A stretch of 64,000 bases of DNA from Eledone cirrhosa (lineage: Eukaryota): assembly GCA_964016885.1 (NCBI GenBank), contig OZ024759.1, positions 2,108,001-2,172,000 of the forward strand, written 5' to 3'. Shown in pieces: positions 59,601 through 64,000 of the stretch (positions are counted from its first letter, which is position 1; each line of letters opens with the position of its first letter). The position numbers and the translations under genes were made by a program. Below the pieces are notes generated by a model. It searched no databases. It saw only the letters and a list, made by a program, of their open reading frames with translations, and was not told the origin of the DNA.

Positions 59601-62600
59601 GACAAAGTCTATATTAGTAACATGACAAAGTCTATATTAGTAACATGACAAAGTCTATATTAGTAGCATGACAAAGTCTATATTAGTAACATGACAAAGT
59701 CTATATTAGTAACATGACAAAGTCTATATTAGTAACATGACACAGTCTATATTAGTAACATGACAAAGTCTATATTAGTAGCATGACAAAGTCTATATTA
59801 GTAACATGACAAAGTCTATATTAGTAACATGACAAAGTCTATATTAGTAACATGACAAAGTCTATATTAGTAACATGACAAAGTCTATATTAGTAACATG
59901 ACACAGTCTATATTAGTAACATGACAGTCTATATTAGTAACATGACAGTCTACATTAGTAACATGACACAGTCTATATTAGTAACATGACAAAGTCGATA
60001 TTAGTAACATGACAATGTCTATATTAGTAACATGACAAAGTCTATATTAGTAACATGACAAAGTCTATATTAGTAACATGACAAAGTCTATATTAGTAAC
60101 ATGACACAGTCTATATTAGTAACATGACAAAGTCTATATTAGTAGCATGACAAAGTCTATATTAGTAACATGACAAAGTCTATATTAGTAACATGACAAA
60201 GTCTATATTAGTAACATGACAAAGTCTATATTAGTAACATGACAAAGTCTATATTAGTAACATGACACAGTCTATATTAGTAACATGACAGTCTATATTA
60301 GTAACATGACAGTCTACATTAGTAACATGACACAGTCTATATTAGTAACATGACAAAGTCGATATTAGTAACATGACAATGTCTATATTAGTAACATGAC
60401 AAAGTCTATATTAGTAACATGACACAGTCTATATTAGTAACATGACAAAGTCTATATTAGTAACATGGCAAAATCTATATTATAACATGACAAAGTCTAT
60501 ATTAGTAACATGACAAAGTCTATATTAGTAACATGACACAGTCTATATTAGTAACATGACAAAGTCTATATTAGTAACATGACAGTCTACATTAGTAACA
60601 TGACACAGTCTATATTAGTAACATGACAAAGTCGATATTAGTAACATGACAATGTCTATATTAGTAACATGACAAAGTCTATATTAGTAACATGACAAAG
60701 TCTATATTAGTAACATGACAAAGTCTATATTAGTAACATGACAAAGTCTATATTAGTAACATGACAAAGTCTATATTAGTAACATGACACAGTCTATATT
60801 AGTAACATGACAAAGTCTATATTAGTAGCATGACAAAGTCTGTATTAGTAACATGACAGTCTATATTAGTAACATGACAAAGTCTATATTAGTAACATGA
60901 CAAAGTCTATATTAGTAGCATGACAAAGTCTATATTAGTAATATGACAAAGTCTATATTAGTAACATGACAAAGTCTATATTAGTAACATGACACAGTCT
61001 ATATTAGTAACATGACAAAGTCTATATTAGTAGCATGACAAAGTCTATATTAGTAACATGACAAAGTCTATATTAGTAACATGACAAAGTCTATATTAGT
61101 AACATGACAAAGTCTATATTAGTAACATGACAAAGTCTATATTAGTAACATGACAGTCTATATTAGTAACATGACAGTCTACATTAGTAACATGACACAG
61201 TCTATATTAGTAACATGACAAAGTCGATATTAGTAACATGACAATGTCTATATTAGTAGCATGACAAAGTCTATATTAGTAACATGACAAAGTCTATATT
61301 AGTAACATGGCAAAGTCTATATTAGTAACATGACAAAGTCTATATTAGTAACATGACACAGTCTATATTAGTAGCATGACAAAGTCTATATTAGTAACAT
61401 GACAAAGTCTCTATTAGTAGCATGACACAGTCTATATTAGTAACATGACAATGTCTATATTAGTAACATGACAGTCTATATTAGTAACATGACACAGTCT
61501 ATATTAGTAACATGACACAGTCTATATTAGTAACATGAGACAGTCTATATTAGTAACATGACAAAGTCTATATTAGTAACATGACACAGTCTATATTAGT
61601 AACATGACACATTCTATATTAGTAACATGACAAAGTCTATATTAGTAACATGACACAGTCTATATTAGTAACATGACACAGTCTATATTAGTAGCATGAC
61701 AAAGTCTATGTTAGTAACATGACACAGTCTATATTAGTAGCATCACACAGTCTACATTAGTAACATGACAAAGTCTATATTAGTAACATGACAAAGTCTA
61801 TATTAGTAACATGACAAGGTCTATATTAGTAACATGACAAAGTCTATATTAGTAACATGACAGTCTATATTAGTAACATGACACAGTCTATATTAGTAAC
61901 ATGACACAGTCTATATTAGTAACATGACAAAGTCTATATTAGTAACATGACAAAGTCGATATTAGTAACATGACAATGTCTATATTAGTAACATGACAAA
62001 GTCTATATTAGTAACATGACACAGTCTATATTAGTAACATGACAAAGTCTATATTAGTAACATGGCAAAGTCTATATTATAACATGACAAAGTCTATATT
62101 AGTAACATGACAAAGTCTATATTAGTAACATGACACAGTCTATATTAGTAACATGACAAAGTCTATATTAGTAACATGACAAAGTCTATATTAGTAACAT
62201 GACAAAGTCTATATTAGTAACATGACAAAGTCTATATTAGTAACATGACAAAGTCTATATTAGTAGCATGACAAAGTCTATATTAGTAACATGACAAAGT
62301 CTATATTAGTAACATGACACAGTCTATATTAGTAACATGACAAAGTCTATATTAGTAGCATGACAAAGTCTATATTAGTAACATGACAAAGTCTATATTA
62401 GTAACATGACAAAGTCTATATTAGTAACATGACAAAGTCTATATTAGTAACATGACAAAGTCTATATTAGTAACATGACACAGTCTATATTAGTAACATG
62501 ACAGTCTATATTAGTAACATGACAGTCTACATTAGTAACATGACACAGTCAATATTAGTAACATGACAAAGTCGATATTAGTAACATGACAATGTCTATA

Positions 62601-64000
62601 TTAGTAACATGACAAAGTCTATATTAGTAACATGACAAAGTCTATATTAGTAACATGACAAAGTCTATATTAGTAACATGACACAGTCTATATTAGTAAC
62701 ATGACAAAGTCTATATTAGTAGCATGACAAAGTCTATATTAGTAACATGACAACGTCTATATTAGTAACATGACAAAGTCTATATTAGTAACATGACAAA
62801 GTCTATATTAGTAACATGACAAAGTCTATATTAGTAACATGACACAGTCTATATTAGTAACATGACAGTCTATATTAGTAACATGACAGTCTACATTAGT
62901 AACATGACACAGTCTATATTAGTAACATGACAAAGTCGATATTAGTAACATGACAATGTCTATATTAGTAACATGACAAAGTCTATATTAGTAACATGAC
63001 ACAGTCTATATTAGTAACATGACAAAGTCTATATTAGTAACATGGCAAAGTCTATATTATAACATGACAAAGTCTATATTAGTAACATGACAAAGTCTAT
63101 ATTAGTAACATGACAAAGTCTATATTAGTAACATGACAGTCTATATTAGTAACATGACACAGTCTATATTAGTAACATGACACAGTCTATATTAGTAACA
63201 TGACAAAGTCTATATTAGTAACATGACAAAGTCTATATTAGTAACATGACAGTCTATATTAGTAGCATGACAAAGTCTATATTAGTAACATGACACAGTC
63301 TATATTAGTAGCATGACACAGTCTATATTAGTAACATGACAAAGTCTATATTAGTAACATGACAAAGTCTATATTAGTAACATGACAAAGTCTATATTAG
63401 TAACATGACAAAGTCTATATTAGTAGCATGACAAAGTCTATATTAGTAACATGACAAAGTCTATATTAGTAACATGACAAAGTCTATGTTAGTAACATGA
63501 CAAAGTCTATATTAGTAACATGACAAAGTCTATATTAGTAACATGACAAAGTCTATATTAGTAACATGACACAGTCTATATTAGTAACATGACAGTCTAT
63601 ATTAGTAACATGACAGTCTACATTAGTAACATGACACAGTCTATATTAGTAACATGACACAGTCTATATTAGTAACATGACAGTCTATATTAGTAACATG
63701 ACAGTCTACATTAGTAACATGACACAGTCTATATTAGTAACATGACAAAGTCGATATTAGTAACATGACAATGTCTATATTAGTAACATGACAAAGTCTA
63801 TATTAGTAACATGACACAGTCTATATTAGTAACATGACAAAGTCTATATTAGTAACATGACAAAGTCTATATTAGTAGCATGACAAAGTCTATATTAGTA
63901 ACATGACAAAGTCTATATTAGTAACATGACACAGTCTATATTAGTAACATGACAAAGTCTATATTAGTAGCATGACAAAGTCTATATTAGTAACATGACA

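Larger units (their letters stand above)
1..64000 (+). repeat. Tandem satellite/minisatellite array, 23-bp monomer AGTCTATATTAGTAACATGACA(A/C), about 2,800 copies, single orientation, extending beyond both window edges
   Basis: Directly visible: agtctatattagtaacatgacaa / ...gacac repeats from base 1 to 64000. Most monomers differ from consensus by 0-1 changes outside the A/C site. I saw no reverse-complement monomers (gtcatgttactaatatagac) and no non-repeat insert. Confidence 0.99.

Noticed and set aside
1-64000. CRISPR array (23-bp repeat is within the CRISPR repeat size range)
   Set aside because: Repeats abut directly with no unique spacers, and there is no leader or cas gene.
1-64000. 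Long repetitive protein-coding ORF
   Set aside because: Each plus-strand monomer has TAG, TAA and TGA, and the minus strand has TAA and TAG. Because 23 is not a multiple of 3, every frame hits a stop within a few monomers in the standard code.
1-64000. Minus strand open under a ciliate-type code (TAA/TAG = Gln), since the consensus minus strand has no TGA
   Set aside because: Frequent 21- and 22-bp monomers shift frame freely and variants show no codon-position pattern. Nothing indicates a non-standard-code host.
1-64000. Telomerase-synthesised long telomeric repeat (Candida albicans has a 23-bp unit; TTAG core and rare TTAGG variants are present)
   Set aside because: The monomer is AT-rich with no G-rich strand and does not resemble the C. 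albicans repeat. Variants are inherited in kb-scale duplicated blocks, which points to recombinational copying rather than templated addition. A subtelomeric location is not excluded.
1-64000. A/C monomer order as an information-bearing binary code
   Set aside because: The order is copied along with the duplicated blocks and is explained by duplication history. No reading mechanism is evident.
1-64000. Pure rolling-circle/MDA concatemer or sequencing artefact
   Set aside because: A concatemer would show a single fixed period with random errors. Here there are many periods, nested duplications and shared diagnostic variants. Mis-assembly of individual blocks remains possible.
1-64000. Plasmid iterons or replication-origin repeats (about 22 bp)
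   Set aside because: Iteron clusters have a handful of copies next to a rep gene, not thousands of copies with no coding sequence.

Overview
The whole 64 kb is one uninterrupted head-to-tail tandem array of an AT-rich 23-bp monomer, consensus AGTCTATATTAGTAACATGACA(A/C). It holds roughly 2,800 copies (64000/23 = about 2,780), is about 26-30% GC, and every copy I read is on the same strand. It runs off both ends of the window. I found no genes, RNA genes, transposon fragments, CRISPR spacers or unique sequence. It looks like eukaryotic-type satellite/minisatellite DNA, but I do not recognise the family or the organism. The information lies in the variant monomers: a binary A/C site at the centre of a GAC-NNN-GTC dyad, a 21-bp deletion variant, and recurrent point variants. 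These form a fixed-order five-monomer cassette, 16-mer and 18-mer (364 and 410 bp) sub-repeats, and nested kilobase duplications. Hand-measured offsets include 759, 939, 1715, 1880, 2043, 3175, 3346, 3539, 4655, 6698, 9160 and 15933 bp. The marker variants turn over from left to right around 32-36 kb. I see no evidence for a novel protein-coding system; the findings concern satellite architecture and history. Offsets were counted by eye and block boundaries are approximate.
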